NCBI RefSeq assembly: GCF_046595215.1
Contig: NZ_JBKJPP010000126.1
Coordinates: 7,355-71,354, forward strand
Direction of reading: 5' to 3'
DNA length: 64,000 bases
Source: Lapillicoccus sp.
GTDB lineage: Bacteria > Actinomycetota > Actinomycetes > Actinomycetales > Dermatophilaceae
Below the pieces are notes generated by a model that saw only the letters and a program-made list of their open reading frames with translations, was not told the DNA's origin and did not search any database. Positions 19,952 through 29,717 of the stretch are shown here, one piece after another; positions within the stretch are counted from its first letter, which is position 1; each line of letters begins with the position of its first letter. The position numbers and the translations under genes are program-made.

Positions 19952-20455
19952 TCAGACGAGCCGGTCGATCAGGCCGGTGTCGACGTCGTAGAGGAAGCCG
20001 CCGATGGCGACGGCGTCGGGGATGAGGGGGTGACTGCGGACCTTTGCGACGTCCTCGTGCAGCGCGGCAACCTGGTCGTCGACGACGTGGAAGGCCTGCC
20101 AGGACACGTCCTGACCGGCGGACTCACCCACAGCCGCACGCAGCTCCTCCGCGGTGTTGCTGGCCATTGCGCACCGGGTGTGCGGGATGATGACGATCCG
20201 CTCGACGCCGAGCAGGTGGACGCCGAGGACGAGGGCCTCGAGCGCAGCCTCGGTGACGCGGCCGCCCGGGTTGCGAAAGATCTTGGCGTCGCCCGGCGTC
20301 AGCCCGAGCATGCCCAGCGGGTCGATGCGCGAGTCCATGCAGGTGACGACGGCGACGCCTGCGTGGGCCACCCCATCGAACCCGCTCAGCGCGAACGTCG
20401 ACGCAAACTTCGCGTTGGCCGCCACGAGGTCGCCGAACGCCCCTTCGCTGGTCAC
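19952..20455 (-). CDS. Beta-class carbonic anhydrase
   Basis: VVTCMDSRID, FRNPGGRV, PHTRCAM zinc ligands, GFLYDVDTG. Confidence 0.88.
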   Translation of the reverse strand: MTSEGAFGDLVAANAKFASTFALSGFDGVAHAGVAVVTCMDSRIDPLGMLGLTPGDAKIFRNPGGRVTEAALEALVLGVHLLGVERIVIIPHTRCAMASNTAEELRAAVGESAGQDVSWQAFHVVDDQVAALHEDVAKVRSHPLIPDAVAIGGFLYDVDTGLIDRLV

Positions 20456-20869
20456 CGTCCCGCACGCTTGGCGATGGTCGTCGGCGGTGTGGTCACCGTG
20501 GCGAAGCTGTACTCGGTCACGCGGCCTGTCCTTCGCGATGGACGGTCCCGGTCGGGTTGTCCCGAACCAGAGGGATTGTCTAGCGCCTTCCGGCGCCATT
20601 CCACAGCGTAGGGCTCAACCGTCGAACCACCGCGAGGGGCCTGAGGCCGAACGTCACAAGTCGGCAACGAGGAGGAGGGCTGTAGCGCAGACGGTGCCCA
20701 GTGGTGTTGCATGGCGTCTGAGACACGAGGAGGTGGCCCCGAGGTTAACGAGGACATCATCGAGGGGCCAGGACCGGCGAGGGGCCGGGGCGGGCCCCTT
20801 GCCGTGGCCGGAGATGCCGGTCAGCACCGCACTTGCCCGCACGATCACCCTCCAAGGAGGACCACCTTC

Positions 20870-22207
20870 ATGATCACTCGCAGGACAACACTGACCGGGC
20901 TCGTGGCCGTGGCCGTTGCCGGTCTCGCCTCGGGCTGTCTCTCATCGCCCTCCTCGAACTCCGGGTCCGGCTCGGGCGCCACCGGGAACGCCAGCGCCAA
21001 GAGCAAGGTCTCCATCATCTTCGGCTTCGGTGGCGACCAGACCCAGGGCTTCAAGGACTCCCTCGACCCCTGGGCGAAGGCCAATGGCATCACTATCGAC
21101 TACCAGCAGTCCGACTCGTTCGACACCATCATCCGCACCAAGCTGGCTGGCAACACGCTCCCCGACATCGCCCTCTTCCCGCAGCCCGGGCTGCTGAAGG
21201 ACATCCAGAAGACGAGCAACGGCAAGATGCAGGACCTCACCAGCGTCCTCGACATGGGCAAGCTCAAGGGCAGCATCGTCCCCGGCTTCCTCGAGGCCGC
21301 CCAGGTCGACGGGAAGCAGTACGGCGTCCCGGTCTCGATGAACGTCAAGAGCCTGCTCTTCTACAACAAGAACACCTTCACCCAGAAGGGATACACGCAA
21401 CCGAAAACCCTGGACGAGCTGAAGACGCTCGCCGCCAAGATCAAGGCCGACGGCACCACGCCGTTCTGCGTGGGCATGGAGTCCGGCAACGCGACGGGCT
21501 GGGTGGGGACCGACTGGATCGAGGAGCTGGTGCTCAAGCAGCTCGGCCCCGAGAAGTACGACCAGTGGGTCAACCACACCCTGAAGTTCGACTCCCCGGA
21601 GATCAAGAGCGTCTTCAAGACCTTCAACGACCTCGTCCTGGCCGAAGGTCAGACCTACGGGGGCAGCAAGGCCATCGTGTCGACGAAGTTCGGCACCGCA
21701 GCCAACCCACTCTTCGACAACCCGGCGAAGTGCTACCTGCACAAGCAGGGCAACTTCCTCACCCAGAAGGGCTTCCTGACGGACGCCATCCAGACCAAGA
21801 TCGACGACAACGTCGGGGTCTACCCCTTCCCCAAGGACAAGTTCGACACCGTCGAGGGCGGCGGTGACATGGCGACGATGTTCACGGCCAACGACACCAA
21901 CGTCACCAAGGTGATGAAGTACATCACCGAGGACCCGACCTTCGGGCAGGCGTGGGCGGGTCCGGCGGACCGCGGGTTCCTGTCGCCGCACAAGGACTTC
22001 GACGTGTCGAAGTATGGGACGAAGCTCACCCAGAGCATCGCCCAGATCGCCTACACCTCGTCCGGAGTCCGGTTCGACGGCTCGGACGCCATGCCCGGCG
22101 CCGTAGGGGCGGGGTCATTCTGGAAGGGCATGGTGGCCTACACGTCCGGACAGCAGGACGTGGACGCGACAGTGAAGGCCATCGACGACAGCTGGCCAGC
22201 CTCCTGA
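20870..22207 (+). CDS. Sugar (alpha-glucoside-like) ABC transporter binding lipoprotein
   Basis: Lipobox LASGC; PDIALFPQPGLL, GWVGTDWIEELVL, RFDGSDAMPGAVGAGSFWKGM. Confidence 0.88.
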   Translation: MITRRTTLTGLVAVAVAGLASGCLSSPSSNSGSGSGATGNASAKSKVSIIFGFGGDQTQGFKDSLDPWAKANGITIDYQQSDSFDTIIRTKLAGNTLPDIALFPQPGLLKDIQKTSNGKMQDLTSVLDMGKLKGSIVPGFLEAAQVDGKQYGVPVSMNVKSLLFYNKNTFTQKGYTQPKTLDELKTLAAKIKADGTTPFCVGMESGNATGWVGTDWIEELVLKQLGPEKYDQWVNHTLKFDSPEIKSVFKTFNDLVLAEGQTYGGSKAIVSTKFGTAANPLFDNPAKCYLHKQGNFLTQKGFLTDAIQTKIDDNVGVYPFPKDKFDTVEGGGDMATMFTANDTNVTKVMKYITEDPTFGQAWAGPADRGFLSPHKDFDVSKYGTKLTQSIAQIAYTSSGVRFDGSDAMPGAVGAGSFWKGMVAYTSGQQDVDATVKAIDDSWPAS

Positions 22208-22230
22208 GGCCTCGCACGACTCGATCCGTC

Positions 22231-22278
22231 CTCGCAGCGGCCGGCCGACCACCTGAGCGTCTGGTCGGCCGCTGCGAG
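22231..22278. repeat. Long imperfect hairpin between binding-protein and permease genes
   Basis: TCGCAGCGGCC..GACCA / TGGTCGGCCGCTGCGA inverted arms. Confidence 0.55.
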
Positions 22279-22300
22279 AGTCAAGAAGGAGGGTGTGTAG

Positions 22301-23290
22301 ATGGACATGATCATCAAGCTGGTCAACGCACTGCTGGCCGTCATCGCAGGGGTCGGCGGCGCGCTGATCCTCTACTGGTTCCTCAACAAGGTCGTCGAGC
22401 GGCTGCCAAACCGGACCGAGGACAAGGTCAAGCCCTTCGTCTTCATCGGTCCGGCCGTCCTCCTCGTCTCGCTGTTCCTGCTCTATCCCGCGATCCGGAC
22501 GATCCTCCTCAGCCTGGCGAACGCGCAGTCAACGGCGTTCGTGGGGCTGGCCAACTACTCCAAGCTCCTCGGTAATGGCGAGTTCCGCGGGGTCCTGTTC
22601 AACACCTTGCTCTGGATGATCATCGTCCCCACGGCGGCGGTCGCCGTGGGCCTCCTCATCGCGGTGCTGTCGGACCGGATGAACCCGCGCGGCGAGAAGC
22701 TGGCCAAGACGCTCATCTTCATGCCAATGGCCATCAGCCTCGTGGGGGCATCGGCGATCTGGTCGGTCATCTACCAGGCGGCTCCCAAGGGCAGTGAGCA
22801 GCCCGGGCTCCTCAACGCCATCGTCACGGCCTTCGGCGGGGACCCGCAGGCCTGGCTGCAGTTCAACACCGCGCGCATCAACAGCCTCCTGCTCATGGTC
22901 ATCCTGATCTGGCTGCAGACCGGGTTCGCCATGGTGCTGCTGTCGGCTGCGATCAAGTCCGTCCCGGAGGACACCATCGAGGCGGGCCGCATCGACGGTG
23001 CCAGCGAGGTGGCGATCTTCTTCCGGATCGTCGTGCCCCAGATCTGGCCCACGGTGATCACCGTCTTCGTCACCGTGTTGTTGGGGACGATGAAGGTCTT
23101 CGACATCGTCAACGTCATGACGAACGGCAGCTTCAACACCGACGTCATCGCGAACCGGTTCTACACGGAGCTCTTCACCAACGGCAATGCGGGGAATGCC
23201 GCAGCGATCGTCGTCATCCTCATGATCGCGATCATCCCGTTCATGGTCTACCAGGTCAGACAGTTCCGGAAGCAGGAGGCCGAACGATGA
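22301..23290 (+). CDS. Sugar ABC permease 1
   Basis: FMPMAISLVGAS, TIEAGRIDGASEVAIFFRIVVP. Confidence 0.9.
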   Translation: MDMIIKLVNALLAVIAGVGGALILYWFLNKVVERLPNRTEDKVKPFVFIGPAVLLVSLFLLYPAIRTILLSLANAQSTAFVGLANYSKLLGNGEFRGVLFNTLLWMIIVPTAAVAVGLLIAVLSDRMNPRGEKLAKTLIFMPMAISLVGASAIWSVIYQAAPKGSEQPGLLNAIVTAFGGDPQAWLQFNTARINSLLLMVILIWLQTGFAMVLLSAAIKSVPEDTIEAGRIDGASEVAIFFRIVVPQIWPTVITVFVTVLLGTMKVFDIVNVMTNGSFNTDVIANRFYTELFTNGNAGNAAAIVVILMIAIIPFMVYQVRQFRKQEAER

Positions 23291-24210
23291 GCATCGCCGA
23301 ACCCACCGTCGCCAAGACGCCGCGCGTCAAGCGGTTCGCCAAGGAGAGCACCAACTCCGAGGGCAACCGCAAGGTCAGCCCACTGATCACGGTGGTCATG
23401 GTGATCATCTGCCTGGCGTGGCTGCTGCCCACCTTCGGGCTCTTCGTCACGTCGTTCCGGCCGCTCGAGGCGATCAACTCCAGCGGCTGGTGGAAGGCGT
23501 TCGCCAACCCGCTCTCAGCGACCACCTGGACCTTCGACAACTACTCCCAGGTGATCAGCCAGGGCCAGACGCCGATGAACATCTCGTTCGTCAACAGCCT
23601 CGTCGTGGCAGTCCCCGCGACGATCATCCCCATCATGATCGCGGCCTTCGCAGCCTATGCGTTCACCTTCATGGAGTTCCCGTTCCGCGACACGATCTTT
23701 GTCATCTTCGTCGCCCTCCTCGTCGTGCCGAACCAGGTGGCCCTCGTGCCGCTCCTGCAGCTCTACGGCTCGCTCGGACTCAACGGGACATTTCCTGCAG
23801 TGTGGCTGGCCCACGCCGGGTTCGGGATGCCGCTCGCGGTCTACATCCTGCGCAACTACATGGCGGGTCTGCCGCGGGCCATCATCGAGTCGGCGAAGAT
23901 CGACGGCGCCAGCCACTTCACGACGTTCTGGCGGCTCATCGTCCCCATGTCGGTCCCCGCGCTGGCGTCCTTCGCGATCTTCCAGTTCCTCTGGGTGTGG
24001 AACGACCTTCTCATCGCGCTGATCTTCCTCGGTCAGGGCGAGAACATGGTGTTGACGGTCAATGTCAAGGGGCTGCTCGGTCAGCAGGGGCAGGGGGCAA
24101 ACCTCCTCACGGCGGGCGCCTTCATCAGCATGATCGTCCCCATCCTGGTGTTCCTCGCACTGCAGCGGTTCTTCGTCCGGGGCATGACCTCGGGCGCCGT
24201 CAAAGGCTGA
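23287..24210 (+). CDS. Sugar ABC permease 2
   Basis: IIESAKIDGASHFTTFWRLIVP, FQFLWVWNDLL, FVRGMTSGAVKG. Confidence 0.9.
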   Translation: MSIAEPTVAKTPRVKRFAKESTNSEGNRKVSPLITVVMVIICLAWLLPTFGLFVTSFRPLEAINSSGWWKAFANPLSATTWTFDNYSQVISQGQTPMNISFVNSLVVAVPATIIPIMIAAFAAYAFTFMEFPFRDTIFVIFVALLVVPNQVALVPLLQLYGSLGLNGTFPAVWLAHAGFGMPLAVYILRNYMAGLPRAIIESAKIDGASHFTTFWRLIVPMSVPALASFAIFQFLWVWNDLLIALIFLGQGENMVLTVNVKGLLGQQGQGANLLTAGAFISMIVPILVFLALQRFFVRGMTSGAVKG

Positions 24211-24251
24211 CCTGCCAGGTGGGCGCTGCCGGACGGGCACGCGCACGCAAA

Positions 24252-24294
24252 GCGCGGCGACCCTCCCACCGACCCGGTGGGAGGGTCGCCGCGC
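24252..24294. terminator. Probable bidirectional terminator between convergent genes
   Basis: Perfect 19-bp stem GCGCGGCGACCCTCCCACC, 5-nt loop. Confidence 0.8.
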
Positions 24295-24309
24295 CGTGCC
24301 GCCGAGGCG

Positions 24310-25224
24310 TCAGAGCTCGGCGAGGGACGGTGCGTAGGCGCCGGCCCGTCCGACGGTCAGGCCGCTGCAGGCGAGCCCGCGCTCGATCGCGGACCGGACA
24401 TCCGCCAGGGTCGCCTCGCGAAGGCGTCGACGGGCCTGAGGTCCGCCGAGCAGACCATCGCTCAACAAGCCGGAGACCAGGCCCGCCATGAACGAGTCAC
24501 CGGCTCCGACCGTGTCGACGACCGACGTCGCGACCGTGGGGGCCGAGGCGACCTCACCGGCGTGCTCCACCCGGAAGACCACGCCGTCAGCGCCCCGGGT
24601 GACCACGGTCAACGCCGGGCCCAGCCGCCCCCAGTGGCGCAGGACCTCGTGGACGGGCATCCCGGCATACAGGGCCTCGAGGTCTTCGTCGCTGGCCTTG
24701 ACCACGTCGCAGAGGGCGATGACCTCCTCGATCCGCACCCGGGCGAGGTCGAGGTCACCCATGATGGCGGTGCGCACGTTGGGGTCGTAGCTGACCGTCG
24801 CGCCCGGGCGGGCCGCCGTGAGCGTCTCGACGACGGCGGTGCCGCCGGGCTCGAGGACCGCGGCGATGGACCCCGTGTGGACGTGCCCCGTGCCGACGGG
24901 GACGGGGACGCGGCGCAGGTCCCACATGAGGTCGAACGTGTATGCCGCGGCGCCGGCCGGGTCCAGCTCGGCGAGGGCGGTCGAGGTGTGGTCTGCGGTG
25001 GTGCTGCCCGCAAGGACGTGCACGCCCCCCGATGCGAGGTGGGCGGTGATGCGGTGGCCGCGCTCGTCGTCGCCGTAGCGGGTGGCGAAGTCGACCGACT
25101 GCCCGAGCCGGGCCAGGCCCAGGGCGACGTTGAGGGGGCTGCCGCCGACGAACTCGGTCGTGGAGCCGTCCGGGCGCCGGACGATGTCGACGAGTGCCTC
25201 GCCGATGACGAGGGTGCGGTCCAT
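24310..25224 (-). CDS. PfkB-family carbohydrate kinase (fructokinase-like)
   Basis: GEALVDIV, GGSPLNVALGLARLG, SYDPNVR, DVVKASDED, VDTVGAGDSF. Confidence 0.9.
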   Translation of the reverse strand: MDRTLVIGEALVDIVRRPDGSTTEFVGGSPLNVALGLARLGQSVDFATRYGDDERGHRITAHLASGGVHVLAGSTTADHTSTALAELDPAGAAAYTFDLMWDLRRVPVPVGTGHVHTGSIAAVLEPGGTAVVETLTAARPGATVSYDPNVRTAIMGDLDLARVRIEEVIALCDVVKASDEDLEALYAGMPVHEVLRHWGRLGPALTVVTRGADGVVFRVEHAGEVASAPTVATSVVDTVGAGDSFMAGLVSGLLSDGLLGGPQARRRLREATLADVRSAIERGLACSGLTVGRAGAYAPSLAEL

Positions 25225-25229
25225 CGGGG

Positions 25230-26231
25230 TCACCCGGCTGCAGGGTGCACGAAGTCGAGGTGGCTGTAGGCCGCCAGCTTGTGGAACTGGTGCTGGGCCT
25301 CGATGAGCCGGATCGTGCCGCTGCGCGAGCGCATGACCAACGACTCTGTCGTCGCCGTCTCCGAGCCGTAGCGCACGCCCCGGAGCAGCTGGCCGTCGGT
25401 GATCCCCGTCGCGACGAAGTAGCACTCACCCCGGACCAGGTCGTCGGTCGACAGGACGGCGTCGAGGTCGTGGCCCGCATCGAGGGCCTTCTGCCGCTCG
25501 TCGTCGTCGGTGGGACAGAGCCGGCCCTGGATGACGCCGCCCATGCACTTGATCGCGCACGCGGCGATGATGCCCTCGGGCGTCCCGCCGATGCCGAGAA
25601 GCAGGTCCACGCCGGTGTCGGGTCGGGCCGCCATCACCGCGCCCGCGACGTCGCCGTCGGAGATGTAGAACAGCCGCGCCCCGGAGGCCCGGATCTGCTC
25701 GGCGAGACGCTCGTGGCGGGGCCGGTCGAGCATGACCACCGTGACGTCGGAGGGCTGCTCCCGCTTGGCCTTGGCGATCCGCCGGATGTTCTCAGCGACG
25801 GGCAGCCGGATGTCGACGACGTCCGCGGCGTCGGGGCCGGTGGCCAGCTTGTCCATGTAGAACACCGCACTGGGGTCATACATGGTGCCGCGCTCGGCGA
25901 CGGCCATCACCGAGACCGCGTTGCTCATGCCCTTGGCCGTCAGCGTCGTCCCGTCGACGGGGTCAACGGCGACGTCGACCTCGAGCCCGGTGCCGTCGCC
26001 GACCTTCTCGCCGTTGAAGAGCATGGGGGCGTTGTCCTTCTCGCCCTCCCCGATGACCACGGTGCCGTCCATGCTGATGCTCGAGATGAGGTGACGCATG
26101 GCCTCGACGGCGGCGCCGTCGGCGCTGTTCTTGTCACCGCGTCCCACCCATCGACCGGCGGCCATCGCGGCCGCCTCCGTGACGCGCACGAGCTCGAGTG
26201 CAAGGTTGCGATCCGGCTTGGTCGGGTTCAT
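25230..26231 (-). CDS. glpX: Fructose-1,6-bisphosphatase class II
   Basis: [55 protein letters not shown]. Confidence 0.95.
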   Translation of the reverse strand: MNPTKPDRNLALELVRVTEAAAMAAGRWVGRGDKNSADGAAVEAMRHLISSISMDGTVVIGEGEKDNAPMLFNGEKVGDGTGLEVDVAVDPVDGTTLTAKGMSNAVSVMAVAERGTMYDPSAVFYMDKLATGPDAADVVDIRLPVAENIRRIAKAKREQPSDVTVVMLDRPRHERLAEQIRASGARLFYISDGDVAGAVMAARPDTGVDLLLGIGGTPEGIIAACAIKCMGGVIQGRLCPTDDDERQKALDAGHDLDAVLSTDDLVRGECYFVATGITDGQLLRGVRYGSETATTESLVMRSRSGTIRLIEAQHQFHKLAAYSHLDFVHPAAG

Positions 26232-26355
26232 CGGCGAACATGTCCTCCACGTGGGGCGGCAAGGCTTCGGCTCGCTCACTCTATGGGGGAGCCCTGAGCG
26301 ACCAGATCGGGTGGCCGGGTTTGGCGCGGCGACGGTGCTGAGGGACGATGGGCGG

Positions 26356-26967
26356 GTGAGTACGACGAGCACGCCCGCCCCGCAGCCGGTCGACCCGGCT
26401 GGTCCCGAGGGCTCGACGTCCCCGCGCAAGAGCGCCTACTCCATGGGCTCGATGCCGAACATGCTCCGTTCCCTGCTGGTGATCCTCGGGCTCGTCGGGG
26501 TCCTGATCGCCATCGTCCCCCGGGTCAGCAGCGTCGAGCAACCTGCCGTCGACGCCGCCTCGGTCGTCGCGGATGCCGCTCGCCAGTCTGGACTGCCGTT
26601 CGAGGCCCCGGTCGGGCTGCCCTCGGGGTGGAAGGCCACGAGCGCGCGCTACGACACGAACACCGACCAGCTCCTGACCTGGCAGGGCGGGTGGACGACG
26701 CCCCGGGGCGGCTACGTCGCGATCCGCCAGACGAAGACGGCGAGCCCGAACTGGCTGCGGGTCGCGACAACGAACGGCCAGTCCCAGGGCACGGTCGAGG
26801 CGTCGGGCCGCACCTGGCAGAAGCTCTACGACGCGGAGCACGACCGGACCAGCCTGGTCACCCAGCCGAGCCAGCCGGGGACGGGCGTTGTCACGGTCGT
26901 GACGGCTACGGCCGGACTGGACGAGGTGTTGCTGTTCACCAACTCCCTCAAGCCCGCTCAGCCCTGA
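26356..26967 (+). CDS. DUF4245-like membrane-anchored protein
   Basis: One TM segment then [22 protein letters not shown]; usual divergent neighbour of glpX in actinobacteria. Confidence 0.7.
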   Translation: MSTTSTPAPQPVDPAGPEGSTSPRKSAYSMGSMPNMLRSLLVILGLVGVLIAIVPRVSSVEQPAVDAASVVADAARQSGLPFEAPVGLPSGWKATSARYDTNTDQLLTWQGGWTTPRGGYVAIRQTKTASPNWLRVATTNGQSQGTVEASGRTWQKLYDAEHDRTSLVTQPSQPGTGVVTVVTATAGLDEVLLFTNSLKPAQP

Positions 26968-26974
26968 GGCCCGC

Positions 26975-27235
26975 TCAGCCCTGAGCCGACTCGCGCTCTG
27001 CCGCCGGCGCCTCGGTGATCTGCCGCTGGGCGCCGTCGAGCCACGCGGTGCAGTGCTCGGCGAGCGCCTCGCCCCGCCGCCACAGCCGCATGCTCTCCTC
27101 GAGCGGGACCTGCCCGCCCTCGAGCCGGGACACGATCGAGGTCAGCTCGTCTCGGGCATCCTCGTAGGACAGCCCGGCCACGTCGGGGAACTCCGCTGAC
27201 GCCTCGGCGGCCTCCCCCGTGTTCTCGTCGCTCAT
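26975..27235 (-). CDS. xseB: Exodeoxyribonuclease VII small subunit
   Basis: LSYEDARDELTSIVSRLEGGQVPLEESMRLWRRGEALAEHC. Confidence 0.92.
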   Translation of the reverse strand: MSDENTGEAAEASAEFPDVAGLSYEDARDELTSIVSRLEGGQVPLEESMRLWRRGEALAEHCTAWLDGAQRQITEAPAAERESAQG

Positions 27236-27254
27236 CCGTGCACCCTCTCCCTGA

Positions 27255-28523
27255 TCATCTCGGCGCACCAGCGTAGGGCGCCGTCGTCTCGCTGCCGCGG
27301 CCGACCGTCCGGACCCCGAAGTCGCCGCGGGCCACCCGCACCCTCAACAGGTCGTCGGGGGAGAGGTCGGCCTGATCCATGACGATCCGCCCGTCGGGGT
27401 GCTGCACCACGGCATACCCGCGTTCGAGGGTCGACTGGGGCGACAGGGCGCGGACCTGGCTCGCGAGGTGGCCGACCTGGTCGCTCGCGCGGTGCAGCCG
27501 GGCGAGGAGCCGCTCGCTGGCTCGTCCGCGCAGGGCGGTGACCTGTTCCTGGTGGCGTCGGACCAGGGCGGTGGGGTCGGCCATGACCGGCCGGGACCGC
27601 TGGGCGGCCACCAGCTGCCGCTCGTGGCCGATCCGGTGACGGAGCGCGTGGCGGGCCCGGCCGGCGAGCTGCTCGAGACGGTGGTGCTCCTCGGCGGCGT
27701 CGGGGACGACGCGCTTGCCCGCGTCGGTAGGAGTCGAGGCGCGCCAGTCCGCGACGTGGTCGAGCAGGGGGGTGTCGATGTCGTGGCCGATCGCGCTGAT
27801 GATCGGGGTGACGGCGTTCGCGACGGCCCGCAGGAGGGCCTCGTTGGAGAACGGGAGGAGCTCCTCGGCGGCGCCTCCACCGCGGGCGATGATGATGACG
27901 TCGACGGACCGGTCGGCGTCGAGCTCGCGCAGGGCCTCGCTCACCTCGGTGACGGTGTTGGCGCCCTGCACCGCAACCTCACGGACCGCGAACTGCACCG
28001 AGGGCCAACGCCGTCGGGCGTTCTCGACGACGTCCTTCTCGGCGGCGCTCGCCCGGCCGGTGATGAGGCCGACCGTGCGGGGGATGAAGGGCAGCGCTCG
28101 CTTGCGGTCGTCGTCGAAGAGCCCCTCGGCGGCCAGCCGCTGCTTGAGGATCTCGATCCGGGCGAGGAGGTCACCGACCCCCACGGGGCGGATCTGGCGG
28201 GCGTCGAGCGACAGGGTGCCGCGCTTGGTCCAGAACGACGGCTTGGCCTGCAGGACGACGCGAGCGCCCTCGACCATCGGGGTCCCCATGGCTGCGAGGG
28301 CGTGCACGGAGATGCTCACCGACAGCGACATGTCGACGTCCGGGTCGCGCAGGACGAGGTATGCGGTGTTGGCCCGCTTGTTGATCTGGACGACCTGGCC
28401 CTCGACCCACAGGGCCGACATCTTGTCGACGTAGTCGGCGATCTTCATGCTGAGCACCCGGACCGGCCAGGCCTGCTCGGCCGACGTGTCGGCGGCCTTC
28501 TCGGGCAGGGGGGCGGTGCTCAC
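27255..28523 (-). CDS. xseA: Exodeoxyribonuclease VII large subunit
   Basis: LWVEGQV, LAAEGLFD, IIIARGGG, SAIGHDID, ASTPTDA, LSPQSTLERGYA. Confidence 0.95.
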   Translation of the reverse strand: MSTAPLPEKAADTSAEQAWPVRVLSMKIADYVDKMSALWVEGQVVQINKRANTAYLVLRDPDVDMSLSVSISVHALAAMGTPMVEGARVVLQAKPSFWTKRGTLSLDARQIRPVGVGDLLARIEILKQRLAAEGLFDDDRKRALPFIPRTVGLITGRASAAEKDVVENARRRWPSVQFAVREVAVQGANTVTEVSEALRELDADRSVDVIIIARGGGAAEELLPFSNEALLRAVANAVTPIISAIGHDIDTPLLDHVADWRASTPTDAGKRVVPDAAEEHHRLEQLAGRARHALRHRIGHERQLVAAQRSRPVMADPTALVRRHQEQVTALRGRASERLLARLHRASDQVGHLASQVRALSPQSTLERGYAVVQHPDGRIVMDQADLSPDDLLRVRVARGDFGVRTVGRGSETTAPYAGAPR

Positions 28524-28580
28524 GGCTCGAGTATGCCGTCCCATCCCGACAGTGGCCCCGGCGTCGGCCCGGCGTCGGCG

Positions 28581-29225
28581 TCAGTCCCGGGACGCGGCCT
28601 CGCGCTCCTGCGTGGTGTAGGCCCGCATCGCCGCGGCCGGGTCGAGTGACCGGGCCCGGCGCAGGTCGCTGACCTTCGCCGAGCTCGCAGCCAGCACCTG
28701 CTCGACGTTGCCGCGCCCGTAGGTGACGGCGTGCTCCCCCCTCACACCGAGGGCGTGACCGACCTCGATGGCGTCCTGGTCGGCGCCCATGTAGAGGAAC
28801 TGCCAGGCGTAGGAGGTGCTCTGCTGCTCCACCAGGGCCTTGACGGCCCGGTGGGTCCACTCGCGGCTGGCGTTCTCCAGGCCGTCGGTCATGATCGCCA
28901 CGACGACGCTGCCCGGCCGCTCGTCCTCCGGGAGCGCGGCCAGGGCGGCGCCCGCCTCGGTGATCATCCGCCCCATGGCGTCGAGCAACGCCGTGCTCCC
29001 GCGCGGTTGCAGGCGCAACGGTCCGACATCGGCCACGGGCGTGTCGGCGAAGACGATCTCGTAGTGCTCGTCGAACTGGGCCAGCGTCACGCGGCACTCG
29101 CCGACTGCCGACCGCTGCTCCTCGATGAAGGCGGCGAACCCGCCCTCGGTGTCAGTCTTGATCGACTGCATCGACCCGCTGCGGTCGAGCAGGAAGAAGA
29201 GATGGGTCAGGTCGTGACGTGACAT
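28581..29225 (-). CDS. Stand-alone vWA (MIDAS) domain protein
   Basis: FLLDRSGSM (DxSxS), RGSTALLDAMG, IMTDGLENAS, FLYMGADQDA. Confidence 0.85.
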   Translation of the reverse strand: MSRHDLTHLFFLLDRSGSMQSIKTDTEGGFAAFIEEQRSAVGECRVTLAQFDEHYEIVFADTPVADVGPLRLQPRGSTALLDAMGRMITEAGAALAALPEDERPGSVVVAIMTDGLENASREWTHRAVKALVEQQSTSYAWQFLYMGADQDAIEVGHALGVRGEHAVTYGRGNVEQVLAASSAKVSDLRRARSLDPAAAMRAYTTQEREAASRD

Positions 29226-29235
29226 GGTCGTCCTC

Positions 29236-29613
29236 TCAGGTGGTGCGGCGCGGCTTGAACCGCAGCGGCTCGCTCGCCGCCCCGGTCCTGGCCGTGCCGC
29301 TCTCGTGGTCGTACCGGGCGCGTTGCACGCCCGCTGCGGTGACCCGACCGTCTTCGTTGGCATAGGCCCCCAGGGCGAGGGTCCGGGCCAGTCGGGGACC
29401 GACGGCGTTCTCCGACAGTCCGGCGCCCGCCCCGGCCGAGCGCAGTGACGCCCTGCCCGTCAGGACGGCCTGCGCCATCGACTCGTCGATGAGCCGGGTC
29501 AGTCGGTCGGCAGCCGCGCGCAGGTGCGGCAGGGCGCTCGCCGGCTCGACGCCGGAGGCGGCGTCGAGGTCGGCGTGGATCGCCCGGAGCTGGTTGTCCT
29601 CAGTGCTCGACAT
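29236..29613 (-). CDS. Small helical protein with a probable HTH
   Basis: 125 aa, 10 bp from the vWA gene; ASLRSAGAGAGLSENAVGPRL resembles an HTH; leaderless-type TATGCT 6 nt before ATG. Confidence 0.6.
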   Translation of the reverse strand: MSSTEDNQLRAIHADLDAASGVEPASALPHLRAAADRLTRLIDESMAQAVLTGRASLRSAGAGAGLSENAVGPRLARTLALGAYANEDGRVTAAGVQRARYDHESGTARTGAASEPLRFKPRRTT

Positions 29614-29626
29614 CGCTCGAGCATAC

Positions 29627-29656
29627 CGCAGAAAGTGCGGTTACGCAGAAAGTGCG
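29627..29656. promoter_or_regulatory. Tandem CGCAGAAAGTGCG boxes (17-bp period) just upstream of the -10 of the HTH-vWA operon
   Basis: Exact 13-bp copies at 29627 and 29644, each a CGCA-N5-TGCG dyad. Confidence 0.7.
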
Positions 29657-29717
29657 ACGGGAGGCCCAGCATACGGGGGGATGAGGTGGCCCGTCTGGGC
29701 GCACGTACGATGAGGGC

